A stretch of DNA of 55,253 nucleotides, counting the filler, from Dimargaris cristalligena (Eukaryota), in NCBI GenBank assembly GCA_003614675.1. It is 2 parts of 2 records of this genome, joined end to end, with 100 filler letters (N's around TTAATTAATTAA, not from the genome) between each part and the next. Parts side by side here need not be neighbours in the genome. Positions count along the whole stretch, not along the records: positions 1 to 27,647 come from ML002516.1; 1 more part is not named here. One strand, written 5' to 3'. Below are positions 1-12,942 of the stretch, piece after piece. Under the pieces are notes generated by a model that did not search any database, was not told where the DNA came from, and saw only the letters and a list, made by a program, of their open reading frames with translations. The translations under genes and the position numbers were made by a program. How positions within the stretch are numbered: the first letter of the stretch is position 1; each line of letters starts with the position of its first letter.

Positions 1-597
1 ACGTCCCCTTCTCCCCCCCTTACTTCCCCCAACCAGAGGGGGGGGGGGGGGGGCTTCCAGTGTTCACGCAAGCAGCGTAGCCCTGTATCATCATCATAAT
101 TATCATAGGAGGATTGATTTACCGCAGCCACATCAATTCCTCCAATAGAGATATACTCCCACCTCTCGGAAAAATAGTCCCACCGTGGGTTGGTTGTGAT
201 GAAAATGACCACAACATTACTACTACTACTACACTTAGCATGGGGTGTAAATCTCTCACCAACCCTATAATAATGTTGATCGCTACTCCACGAAACGGGG
301 ATGACTAGTCAGTTAGTTGGCTCTCTGGTTTTGGCATAGCGTCGTTAATAAAATCACCCAGCATCTACTACCGCCATTTCTAATTGACTACTAATGACAT
401 CCAGGACAAACCAACGCCTCTAATACTTCACCCAATCTGCATATCGCCGGGCTATGTCATTCATCATCCCCCCATTGCCACTGTTATTAAATAATCGATC
501 ATTATCCTGAACTCATAATTATAACCTACCTATTCCCCATGGTATTGGAACCACACATGTCACCACCGCCCTATCTTATCCCACCCATTTAGATAAA

Positions 598-2233
598 TCA
601 GAGCTGCTCAATGACTCCTCCGGTAATGTTAACGTACTCGAGCATGTATTTCTGGCAAGTCGTTTCCGAGTTCCGTAATTCGCCCTCCAGCCAGCACTTG
701 ACTTGGGCAAAGGCAAACGCTTCGTCATTTAGCGTCGTGGCCTGACCCAAGTAAACCGCCGGCAGTAGTCGATCTCGCCACACACTACCCGGTCCGCCAG
801 GAGTGCCGGGCCCATCCCCCGAACCCGCCCTATCGGATGGCTTGTCACCCTCGTTCTTTACACTGGTATTGTCCGACGGGGCGAGTAACTCCGATACCAG
901 CTCCATGATAGGCCGGGTTGGTTGCCACTTGACCCGGGCTCGGCGCCTAGTGATGATGGGCATCTCGATTCCCAAATAGTCACATATAAATTTGGAGATG
1001 CCCGCCCGAATTCGGTAGCGGTGATTGTTAACTAACTGCTTAAAAGTCTTGAGGAATTCGGCCAGTGTAGAATTAGTAATAGTAAAGTGATTCGCTGGGT
1101 GGCGACTAATTAAGTAGAAGAAGTGGCGGAGGCGTTCTTTGTGGACGAATTTTTCATAATGCACCACATGCGTTAATACTTTACGAATCAGTTTCTAAAT
1201 GGATTGGGAATATAAGTCGAATGCATCAATTGAAAAATCGGAGAGTTCCCGAGTAAATGCTTGGTCATTTTAAACCAAATGGGTTGCACTGTATGGGGGG
1301 GGAGTTATGTCGTAATTGAGGTGAGCGCGTTACTCCCATTGGAATCATAATGTCCCCAATTTATCATAAAACCACGTGTGTCCTGCGTGATAAAGAAGAC
1401 CCTCATGATTTGGGCCAACACCATCTACACCAGTATACATATCCCCTTATTTATTGGTGGCACATAGGGGTCAGACTGGGTGGTCGGCACCTCACCTGCC
1501 ATTACAGGGCGGGCCGTGTCGCCCTCTTTATACAGCTGCACCCCACGACTTACCTCAAGAACTGGACTCGTTTGGATATTGGTGAGCGGTTCACCTGTGC
1601 TGGCTATGATTTGGTCCACAATTTGGATCAATGCGGAGTCGGAGAGACACCACGGGCTCGGATCAAAAATCCCCGCCCTGGGCACCGTTTCAGTTTCAAT
1701 AGTCGACGGGATCGCCGTTGGATCATTTGGGTCAGCCACGTCAGGGGAAGTGGTCACCTTCGAACGGAGGGCGAGCTTATATTCGTTATTACGAATAGTT
1801 TTGAGATGGTCGACTTGCTGGGTCAACGCTTCGACCCGCTCGACCAACTGAATTAAGATACGCCGAACTTCTTGCATATAGACATGGTAAATTAGTAGCA
1901 CCGGTCCAATGGTGTATATAAGGTAGGCTGGTTACGTGAACACGTTATCATTTAAAATATAGTTCGTTCGTAACCTAAAGAAGGAGAGCGAACCTCGATT
2001 GCAAAGCCAATAGCTAGCGCACTTCAAGAATACCGGAAGATAGGGGGAAAGTCAGCAGGGTATAAGAATGTCCCCCGCCCAATTTCCACTTCCAGGGTTA
2101 GGATATTTATAAAGTATTAGCTACCTCGCTGGTCTTCGACTCTCGGAAGCGGGGGTAGGGGCCTCCTGAGCTGGGTGTCTGGCATATACTTGCGTTTGCG
2201 GGAAGAGGACGGGGCCGGGGCAGTGGTCGACAT
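598..2233 (-). CDS. Hypothetical multi-exon protein (basic NLS-like N-terminus, short coiled coil); exon structure only partly resolved
   Basis: Exon 1 is 2233-2125 (MSTTAPAPSSSRKRKYMPDTQLRRPLPPLPRVEDQR, donor GTAGCT). The next exon, about 1870-1554 (EVRRILIQLVERVEALTQQVDHL...SPVLE), ends at a GTAAGT donor. A probable exon starts at 1424 (MVLAQIMRVFF...). The last exon lies in ORF 1167-598. The junction between the last two exons could not be phased, and no family was recognised. Confidence 0.45.
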
Positions 2234-4127
2234 TATGGCGGCAGTCGCTTCCGAAGCAAGTGAAAAAAAAGGCAAAGGGAGTCTCAGTCAGGCAGTGGTG
2301 TAGGAGGCAGGCTGTCCAGTAACCTTGCCTAGTGGATTAGAAAGCCATGTAAACGTGCGCCAGAATGAAAAGGAAAGAACTTGAACCTCGAAACAGAAGG
2401 AAGGAAAGGGTGGTGTAGTAGGAGGGGTAGCTTAGGAAGTAGCTAGCATACAGCCTGAGCGGTTGTCTCTCTAACCCCTTTGAAGTTAGGTAGGGCACAA
2501 GTCAGTGGTTCTTAGGCAAAGGAATCGAAAATAAATGCCCCACTATGTCCATGGGACGGGTCATTGTGAAGGTGTGATCCAACCGGAAATAGGTGGCAGG
2601 GGGTGTAATGGACATGCATAGGTTACTACAGCTCCAGGTAACCATGGTGAACCGGAAGGGGGCCATGTCACTTGCTCATTATTAAGCCGCCTTGTGCTCA
2701 CGACAAGCACTGTTGTCACCAGCGCGTTTCGGTCTCATTGGCCCTGCTGCTGTTGGCCATCTAGAAATTGCAGGAATACGACTGTGCTCGGCCTTAGTCT
2801 ACCCCTCCTTATTCACTTATTTTAATCATAAGAAAAGGGAGGGGGGGATTGTATTAATACGAGCCTAAGCCAAAAATTTAATGCGAATCCAAGGCGTATC
2901 CTGTTTGCCGTTCCCAATGGCAACCACAATCGCACATGTCTAGCCGCTATACCCTCAGATACTTGGTAGTTTGTGGTCCAGTCAACCATCCGTATATTTT
3001 AATTCTGGTGATGAGGGTGTGAATGCCTGCGGCATCGTTGAACATTTTAGCGAAAAATCCTTTGGATGAGTTCGGTATTACTACTATTAAAGGGTATATA
3101 CCCTGTTTTTTTGGTATACCTCATTTGTAATCTTAAAAAGCCGTGTATCTGGGTCTCAGGCGATGATGGCCCCTGTCCATTGCCTATAGTGCGCGGGAGG
3201 ACGACCCCTGGCCGACGCTGTTGGCCGGAACCAAACCTGCTACCGGTGAGGTGTGGGGTTATTGCCTGGGTGATACGAGACTATGGCAGTATGGCTGTAA
3301 GGTTGGTGAGGTTTTTATCTTCCCAGATGTTTCCCCCATCAAGGAGGGCCACGGAGTCTTTATATCGCATTGCGGCTTATTTGTTTTAGCTCGGGTCCGC
3401 TTTTTTACCCGTTGATCACTCCATGGGGGGCCATTGTTTAGGTATGGTGCCCTTAGTGGACTGGTAACCCAAACCCCGCTATTTCAGCTATAAATCAGGA
3501 TGACCAAGTACAAGCCTATGACCACCCTTCCATGACCATAAACCGGTTTTGTACCGCCAAAATACTGATCAGTCCCCCACCTGTCCACTGGTTTGATGGT
3601 GCAGGTCATTTACGCCAACCGTTTACGTCCCATACTTGACGCCTTCAGTTTTCTTGCATTACATATTTTTATGGCTATCCAACCATACTCTAGGGTCCTT
3701 AACGATACTAATGAGCAACTTTGTCATTACCAATACTTGGATGGAGGTAAATAAAAGCAAAAAGGGTCAAATGAGCAGATATTCTAATTCAATTTCACCG
3801 ATCTTATTACTTCTCCTAAACTGGACGTTCGACTACCAATTGAACTTTAGCTCAACAATTCAGATAACATATATAGTATAGTACTTGTTTTTTATAATAG
3901 ATAAATAAATACACTCTCTGGCCATGGCCTGCGGTCAATGTCTTTAGAACTGGCACTCACTACAAATGTACCACTTGGCACCTGGCTAATATTAATACTA
4001 AAAATTCAACATTTATTAATATTTATAATGGGCTTCTCGGGCCAATTAAGGTTGAATTATTAACCAACAAATAGGCCCAGATTAAGACTGACTGCCCACT
4101 CGAAAAAAATAATATATACGTTCTATA

Positions 4128-5382
4128 TTAAACGACATGGCCCTTCTCGTCTCGGCCATCTAGGGACTGGTCCAGGTATTTGGCCAACGATAACTCCATT
4201 TCCGATGCACACACATGTAGATCCAGCGTACGCGTGGAACAAGTGTGTTCGAGTGAAGAGGGGTCGTCCGAATCGAAGACACCGTGACATGAATGGGGGT
4301 CGTTGGACCGGGACCGTGGCGCACTGGAAAAGTCACTCAGTCCGTCGGAGGCCAAATCACTTTTAAAGGTCATTAAAAAGCCCTCCCGATTGCGCCAGTA
4401 GCCCCAGAGCATGGGGGTCAGGGCTACCCAAAAGAACGCGTGTACGCATACGAGACACGCCAGGGTGGCGAGGAAACGCCCCCAAGAGTAGCGATGGACC
4501 GCTCGGGAGTTGATAATGGTGAGGGCCAGCAATAATAGCACAAACGCCACCGTGCTTACCATCGTCTCCCGGTATTCGTTGAACGTCTTGCGAACATTGC
4601 GCAATAAGATGTTCAGTACAATACCAATCAGGGCCAGGTAGGATAAAATACCCATAGCGAGGTAATGGAAAGTGTCGCTATAGAAACAGATGCCCGGTCC
4701 GGGGCTAGGAATAGTGGTGGTAAAAGACGTCAAACTGGATGAGATTATCAAAAATATACAGGTGGGTAAATACACCAAACTGAATATAAGGTGGTAGATA
4801 AGTCCACCGGTGGGCTGTTTGCGGATTAACAGCCAAAAAAGAATATACAGGCGGTAGTTGAGCACGATGGCGTATAAGAATATGCCCAGCCCAAATGTAA
4901 GCCACGGTCCAAGGAAAATGCACACCCCCAAGTTCATTTGCGTGTGGTCGATGTAGTAAGTAACCAACTGGAAGACCCAGAACAACAGGCCACCTATGGT
5001 GTTATGGGTAATGTCGAACATATCGTTGTAAAAATATTAGAATGGCAAGGTCAGTTACAAAGCATGATAATACCCCAGCTAACCCGCGGCCGCCAAGGAA
5101 CCACCGACTCCGAGAAAGGTTGGGTGGAAAGTACTGCGATGATACATTGCCTAGCGACAGTTACTTACTCAGTTGAATAATGGCAATTAGGCGGATGTTT
5201 TTGGTCCTAAACGGGAGGAAGTCTCGTTTACGCGTCTGTACGAATGCGATTACGAGGATATCGATCAGGTAAAGAACACATCCGATCGTAATGGCCGCCA
5301 TATCCCATCCGTCGAACGGGTCCCGACTGGAAGTAATATAGGTAAAGTGGTGCCTATAAGGAATATTAGAGAGGGCGGACAT
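4128..5382 (-). CDS. Seven-transmembrane receptor-like protein (class C GPCR-like 7TM, no large ectodomain), paralog A, about 359 aa
   Basis: Exon 1 is 5382-5169 (donor GTAAGT) and exon 2 is 4993-4128 (acceptor CATAG), 1080 nt in frame. Seven hydrophobic segments, Cys at the top of TM3 and in ECL2, and an RNVRKTFNEYRE loop resembling the class C FNE(A/S)K motif. Confidence 0.8.
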
Positions 5383-5847
5383 GGTATTGTTTCGAGCTTA
5401 AAAGATACGATCTCCCAAAAGGAGTGAAGAGCAGCGTGTGCCAATGGAAAGAATTAATATTACAGATTAGGAATCTAGTTGGGGAAAAGTTGCTATCACG
5501 TATTATAGAAGTAATGAGATAAATTTCGCGTAATAGATACCAAGAAACAAAAACGCTAGCTTAAGATGGGGTTAAAATAGATCGGGAGATATATAGATTG
5601 TCGCACTAAAGGTAATGTATTAATGTCTAGAGTAAAGTATTAAGGGATGACGTCGTATTATCATTTTGGTAGTACTGGTAGCTAATATCCAAATGAGTAG
5701 GGCGGAGATTAAACCTCATTTATATACGATATGCATTTGAACCAGGACCATTCCACTTCGTTCCATTTACTATTAATTCTCAGGCAATATTCCATGCCAC
5801 TGTAGCCCTCAGCGAGGGGATATAACCAGCGGAATGCCGGGCCCCCA

Positions 5848-5918
5848 CGTCCAATGTCGCTATACGGACCTAATCGGGCATCTGCCCCGTCCAATACCGA
5901 CTAACGGATCTAATCGGG
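5848..5918. repeat. Imperfect tandem duplication, 40-nt period, upstream of 7TM paralog A
   Basis: CGTCCAAT at 5848 and 5888; ACGGA(C/T)CTAATCGGG at 5864 and 5904. Confidence 0.7.
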
Positions 5919-7249
5919 TGCCTTACCTTGCCCATTGAACTAACTAGTTACTCAACCCCTGTCGGGGGTTTTTATAGCTGTAACATATATAAATTGATGA
6001 TACACCATACCTAACACTACAAGTGTCGTTAAGGACCGATTCAACTGCACGGGCTGTTTATATTACATGCTCTCGGCTGGATACCCGCCAAATAACTACC
6101 ACCATCCCGTTCGTTCAACAGTCGATAAAAAGTCGCACAAATACAGTGACCTCCAAGAACTTTCCCCCCCCTCTCTCTTTATATCTAATTATAATAGCGG
6201 CGTGTATTTGCCATTGTACCACCCGCATCAAAGCCATCCTATAAGATGTCAAATCCTAGCCTGGTTGACGCGAATTTAGCATACTCTTCCTAGCGAATCA
6301 CCGTTGCGTTAGGATTATCCCGGGGGGTTTTTTTGGGCCGGAAGAGGAAATAGATTGTCGAACCCCTCTATATTGGTTAGTAAGAACATAGTAACTGCTC
6401 GTCAGAAAAAAAACCCCTGGCTGGCGCAGCTTACAGCTCTGATAGACCATCAAACCCATGTTCAACCAGACTGAATAGTGTAGGTTTATCCTTGCGGACA
6501 ACGGTCCTAAACGAGTAAATAGTGGGGAGCAAGGGGGAAGTCCAAAATAGGGCAATATAAATATTTTTGCAGTGAGTCGGAGAAGCAGTGTACCACCAAA
6601 GAATTTGGAAGCAACGCCTCCTTTGGTCAACAAGGAAAAAGGCCTGCGGCGGTGGAAGTAGAATGTTCGTTTATGGTGGGTCGATTGACGTATTGACGGC
6701 AGAAAGCGGGGCAATTACTTAGTGATCGCCCCTTCTTCCCACTGGCGAATTCGGAGTATCTTCCCTAGCTATTTGATACAAAGAGGCACCCAGCAACATT
6801 GTTGGGTGATTACCATTAGAAACCAAAACCACTGCAGTGTTACCATGAACTAAAAGTAAAACGCGACTAGGCCCAATCTACAACAAAATACTGGCTTGCC
6901 GAGTTGGATATAGATGGTTTAAAGTAAATACCCCGCCTATGGCACCCTCGAAATCCCGAAATTAGTCTTATACAGCCGTGTTAAACCCCTAATCCATATC
7001 GGCCCAGTTGATATTCTGTATTAAAAGAGCAGTGCATTTTTGGCCTTAGGCTGTAGTACACGGTATTGTACCTGTAAAGTCTGTTGTGCCTTATCAACCC
7101 CTATTTATTAATACATATGCAAGTTCAATTACATTTCTGGGTTGATAGCAATTCGTACGAACATATACGGTTAATTACAATGGCCATCTCTATAGTTAGC
7201 TTATGCGGTGATGATTTTTATCGATTAATAAACTGGTGGTATTATGGTG

Positions 7250-8520
7250 TCATACGAGATAGTTTTTCTCGCCTAGGGGGGTTAAGGATGTGAACAGAGA
7301 CTTAACCGATGTGAGCTCCGCTTCCGACACCGACGGTGGATAGGTGCATATCCGCGGGGCAGTAAGTTCAAGACCCTGTTCTTCATCGCCGTATACCGAA
7401 TGCTGGAGGGTCGTACTCCCGCCCCCTGAACGCGAAGGATTCGAAGACTGGAAGTTATCCAATCCATCGAGGGCCAAATTCTGTTTAAATGAAGCCAAAT
7501 ATTCTTCCCGGTTAAACACGTAGGCATAAAGGGGCTTGGCCATGGTCACCCAAAAGAAGACATTCACGGCCACCAGAGCGATCATGGACATGAGGAACCG
7601 ACCCCATCCGTATGCTGACACGACCTTGGCGTTCGCTACCCCAATAACAATGGCGAACACCGTAAACGCCAACGTACTGGCCAGCGACTCGCGGTACTCG
7701 TTGAAAGTTTTGCGAACGTTGCGGAGCAGAATATTCAACAGCACGGCGATGCCCACCAAATAGTACAGGGCCGTGGCAAAAAAGATGCGATAATCGTAAT
7801 TGAACATGCATTGGCCGGGGTCGGGATACTGGGTCGTGTAGACCAGTTTCGTTGAGGCCGAGCTGGCAATGACGTAGAGTAGGGTGGGGATATAGGTGAG
7901 CGAAAATAGGGCGTGGAACTTGAAACCCCCAATGGGCCGTTTGAGGACCAGAAGCCAGTATAGAATATAAAGGCGGTAATTAACGATAATCATGTGGAGG
8001 AGTAACCCTACGGCGTACATCAGCCAGGGGAAAAGAATGACACAGGCGCCGCGGGAAAAGAGGACAGTCCGTGTATTATCGGTGATGATTTGAAGCACCC
8101 AGAAGCTAAGGCCGCCTAGGCGTAATTGATGCAAGGGTATAATACCAATCGAACGAGCAGGCTGCAGTAAGTAAGTGGTGCCTAGTGAAGTAATACCGGG
8201 CTTCATTGACCATGTGTCGGGGGAGGGAGGTACTAGATATCAGTTTACGCTTCAAATACTGCCAATTAATGATGCGAGAGCGAGACAGGTTATATACACT
8301 TACATAGTTCAAGAATAACGAGGAGACGGATGTTTTTCGTGCGAAAAGGTAAAAAGGTACTTTTACGAAGGATGACCACAATAAAAATGACCAAGTTAAT
8401 GAAGTAGGCAGTCGCCCCGACGACAATTCCGGCAATGTCCCAGGCACCAAAGGGGTCGAAGACTGGGTAAGGAGCACTGCCCTCCGTTGAAGCGGTAACA
8501 GCTTCTGTGTAATTGGACAT
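7250..8520 (-). CDS. Seven-transmembrane receptor-like protein, paralog B, about 360 aa
   Basis: Exon 1 is 8520-8304 (donor GTAAGT) and exon 2 is 8115-7250 (acceptor CCTAG), 1083 nt in frame. Shares DPFxxWD, FLPFRTKNIRL, NYRLYIL, LNILLRNVRKTFNEYRE, YxWGRFL and FFWV with paralog A. Confidence 0.8.
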
Positions 8521-11500
8521 GGTAATATATTAGATAGATTACGCTTTGACTATAGAAATGCTGGGATATTGGGAGGAAGGATTGATTAATGCGTATGTAT
8601 ATGGACTGCGTGCGGGTGTATATATGGAGGGGGGTAAATAAAATAGGTGGCCCAGGAGTATTAAGAGTGGACTAGAGAGCCCGAGTAGAGATTAAACAGA
8701 CTCTGATAAATAAATTATAAGGTAATCCGCGTTTTATTTTGGTTGAAGGCCTCCCAAGAATTTGATGCAACAACACTGGGGATAGAAACCGCTGAATATG
8801 ACTAGGTACAGCGGTCTGTTGTAATAAAGAAAAATTATAAGAAAGGCTAAACGAGGGGGTTGGGAATGAACATAGAACTAAGTAATGGCACCAGCCAAGT
8901 CCGAGTAAAACCAAAATACCGATCGGCTGGATATATGGAGGGCATACGCTGGTTCTTATAACTGTTCCCAACCAAATGGTTGCTCCATTTGCCAGTGTAT
9001 ATGTATGTGTTCTTTCCCATCTATTGTGAGTGTAATGACGGCCCCACTAATCAGAATCAGAATGGTCGATTGGCGGGTATGCGGATTCACCCTCCCTTCA
9101 AGGGCGATATATCAGTGAGGGTTAGGATAATGCTGAGCCTCTCAAGGCTGCGTTTTCCCCACTTCTCTTACCTTCTTCTCCCCTTGCTACAATCCGTATC
9201 TCTCGTATTCTTACACTCCGATGGGCTATTACAAGGGTCACTAGTCCTACATCAGTCGACTAATCTGCCATGGCTCTGGTCAACAGGGAATTCTAAAAAC
9301 TGTAAGGTGGCGATTATGATCGTCTTGGGTTGATAGAGGGACTGTGACTATACAGAGTGGTGAGAAATAGTCACATGACAGGTCAACCATACCACGCCGA
9401 GAATTTCGGCTCAACTATATCCCTGACTATGGAGTATAGGCCGTGGCGGGTATGCGAAGGGCAACAGCGCCCTTCTCTACCCAAGCATATCTTTTTCCAC
9501 AACGGCTATATAGGCGAAAATCCACCAGTTGTTGATGAGGCATCGCATACTAGTCACCCTACGGACTAGGCCTCCTCTTTAACTTGGCAGGAAAGAAAAT
9601 AGGGTGAGTCTACCTAACGCTGGTATACTAAAAGGGGCCCTAAATTATATAAATTATATAAATGGCATATTTCGGTATTAAATACTTCGCTGGCGATTAC
9701 CCTCTCGACCACATTCGGAAATGGATACATGTCAGCAGAGGTCAAACAAACAGGCAACTCCCATAGTATGGGTATACTACCCAGTCTATGTCCTATTGGG
9801 TGCAAGTGCTGAATTAAGAGCTCTTGGTAGATGCGATCAAGACACCCAGTAAGATGCAGGAACCCCCATTGGGGAGGTTCACGCGAATTCGGCGTTGAGT
9901 TGACGATCAAAACGCTAGCGAGAAGCAAACGTTCGCTATCGCCACTAGAGAACTGCCGGGCCGGGTCCTACAAGGGGTTGCTGTTACCAAAAACGAATAT
10001 AGTTTTCTAAATTCATCTTGGCAGAGCTTACTTTGTAATGGTGAGGACCATCCCCGTTTTACCTATCAAGGCAATCCTATAATCGCCATTCTCAGGCCTA
10101 ATAGTCATCTGGGGTTAAGTACAGTACGCCGGATTTGGTATAAGAAACCATTAGACTGTGGATAAGTCAAGACCACGCCGACTACTTCACCCCAGATATA
10201 TAGTTGTGCCGAGTGTTTGGAGACTAATATAGAACTCAGGCGAGAATGGGTTTGGTTTCCGGACGTTCCCACCAAACTGCCGATGCTAAGCCTTACCATG
10301 TGCTGCGAATCCGGATTCCCAAGCTCTTCCTATTTCCACATTACCATAATTTGGTTTAACTACGTTCGGTTTCCTATCTGCTTGGTCCGTTTCTAATTTC
10401 CTTGACTATTTCCTCTCCAGGTTTTGGAATAGACATTAGTAGTCATCGATAATGGTATTTTCCTGAAAAATACATAAATCACTGTCCGATTGTGACTGTT
10501 GGCGAGGAATTGAGAGTGCAGAAAGAAGCAATGTAGATGTGCGTGTGAATGTAGCTGGTATTCCTTCGTGGTGTATCCCTTACCTCCACTGCCTCTACCA
10601 CCATCTAAATTTTCAATTATCTAATTTCTAGGCACTGCGGCTCCTAATCAGCTATTTACCTTGGAATTATCCCCTCGTTCACAGTACTTAAAATTATCAA
10701 TGTCATCACCATTGTTGTTTTTATTTTAAGACGGGCCAAGAACTAGTCGATCCCTATTGGCATCTATCCACTGAAGATATGCTCCTCGCTTCCCTAGTAT
10801 TATTTAATATATTGCTCACCAAGAAGTACTGCCGAGCGATGCCATATTTAGTGGCCAGAGGCCTGGAAAGTAGCAACATGCTCTCAATTAATCTCTATAG
10901 TAGGAGGGGGAGCGCATTGTGCCCAATGGATATACCAATCTCTCAATGTAAGTGTACGCCTCGACCTTATCTGTTTTAGTAACCTCATTTACGGAGCATA
11001 ATAATGTGTGCCGTTGTGCTCAGGACTCTCTGTTTTAGTCAGTCGTACCTGTATTATGAATGTCCATATCATAGCATTTTTCCCATGGCAACACCCAGAG
11101 TTATGCGTGTCAATTAGTTTATTCTACTCCAGCCATCCTTCAAAAGTCTCCTGTACTTCACCTTCACTATTGACCCACAGTCTCCAATGGGCACCAAGCG
11201 AGTCTTCTGGGTGTCAACTGATGCCTTCCGGTGCCGCCAGTTCCAGGCCTAGACATCCCTCCATATATAAATGGGTTGGTAAGGCGCACATATGCAGTAG
11301 ACCAAAGGCATCATGACCCGTATCATCTGGAGTCCAATAAATATTTCTTACTATTTGCATTGTTAGATCATCGGCATTTATTCTAGTGCGTATCCACACC
11401 TTTCCTTATGCCACTATCATATACCGGAATGGAACATTCCCGGCCAATATTATCCGGGTGGGTTTTGATTGGGTAGTACGACTTTGGTTGTAGGCAACCT

Positions 11501-12942
11501 TCGGTGGAATGTTCCATACCCATCAGTTCCTCAATCTCTCAGAACCCAATAGCGACTGGTACGATAGCATTATGGGCTACTTAGTCCTGCTATATATGAT
11601 GGGAATCGTGTATCTATTTTTAATGCATTATTTTCCACAGCTGACTGCTCTGGAGACGAAGTTGCTGGTAAACCAACGGTTCACCCACAAGTCAACAATT
11701 CGGGAATTTTAGGTGGCATATGACATTACTAAACTAGGGGGTGTCGATTACATGAAACTAATATTCGTTTGGGGGGTTGGCCCACATTTGATGATGAAAT
11801 AGACAGTGGGTTTAGGAGATCCGGCACATTCATGAAAGATACCTTGTCTATCGCAAGCCTAGCGGGTTTCCTCAAATAACATGGAGGATCGGGTTGCTAG
11901 CGGAGGGCGTATGATTGGGTGTCGTATGGTCTTAACCAGCCCATGCCGGCTGATAAGAATAAACGCTCGATTTATTATGAGCTCCGGACTCTGTGTCAAT
12001 TGGTTAGACTGGTTCCAATGAGCTGGCGCATGCGCTCAGGTAAAGTAATATGATGGTGGTGGTAAACAATGAATGTGTGTAATGGGTAAACCGGTAAATA
12101 CCAAATTAGCGGTGAAGAATAAAGATTATCACGGATGCCGGGTAATCAAAAACGAAATGGTGCCCGATTGACACGAGCAAGGAAAACGGGGCCGAGCGGG
12201 TGTGAGGCGGGAGAACAAGCCCTTGCTGGGTGTATGGGGCCTTTCCTATCGGACTGAAAATCGGACACTCGCGCCGATGCCGGCAATCCTCGAGACGATC
12301 CACACAGAGCTCGTTCGTCTAAGGAGAAGAAGTAAGGGGACACAAACGTATTCTTCTTCCCTCAACGCCGTTAAAAATGTTAGTATAGTAGCGAGGCTCC
12401 AGCCACAATAATCCGGTCTGTGCATTTAGATAGATGAATTAGGCAGAGTGCCGCACCTATATCCATCACTCGGCTATGCATAGTGCCAAGCCTGGGCGCA
12501 TATAGCCATCATAGCCAGTTCACTCGACTCACGCCCTTCTTTTGCATATACGCCATGGCCCTTTACGCCCAGCTGATTAACATCTACTATATAAATTTAC
12601 TGGGCGCCCATTTATGACTCCCCCTCCTATCTCTTCTCTCTTTGATTCTACTTTTTTCATACTTGGCATTGCCCCGTATCTAAGTATTTACTGCTACTTA
12701 CGTATACATTGATTTACAGTATTCTAGAAGTAGTCTACTTCGCGGAATACTCCGGTGAAGGCCAGCACAAGCTTAGTCTTTTCAACCCTTCAGCGCCTCC
12801 TTTTACTTAGGTTGACTATTCCTAGCGGACAGGTTCCCCCATTCCATTCCTCTTCCTCCCTTCATTTGCTGGACCTTCTCGCAACTTACCGCAATCGCCT
12901 TGTGCCTGCCTTATCTAGACAGCTACTATTATACACGTTAAA

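Noticed and set aside
1190..1300. In-frame TAA/TAG suggesting stop-codon reassignment
   Set aside because: Conserved genes end properly at TAA or TAG (ceramidase, GLR1, HEM14, TAD1) and have no internal stops.
5954..5973. Hairpin plus T-run as a bacterial intrinsic terminator
   Set aside because: The context is eukaryotic and intron-containing, with no upstream plus-strand gene.
12120..12345. GC-rich intergenic patch as a structured RNA (GGAAAGGCCCC resembles an RNase MRP/P motif) or small exon
   Set aside because: The partner conserved region could not be found and no frame gave a recognisable peptide. An Infernal/Rfam scan is needed.
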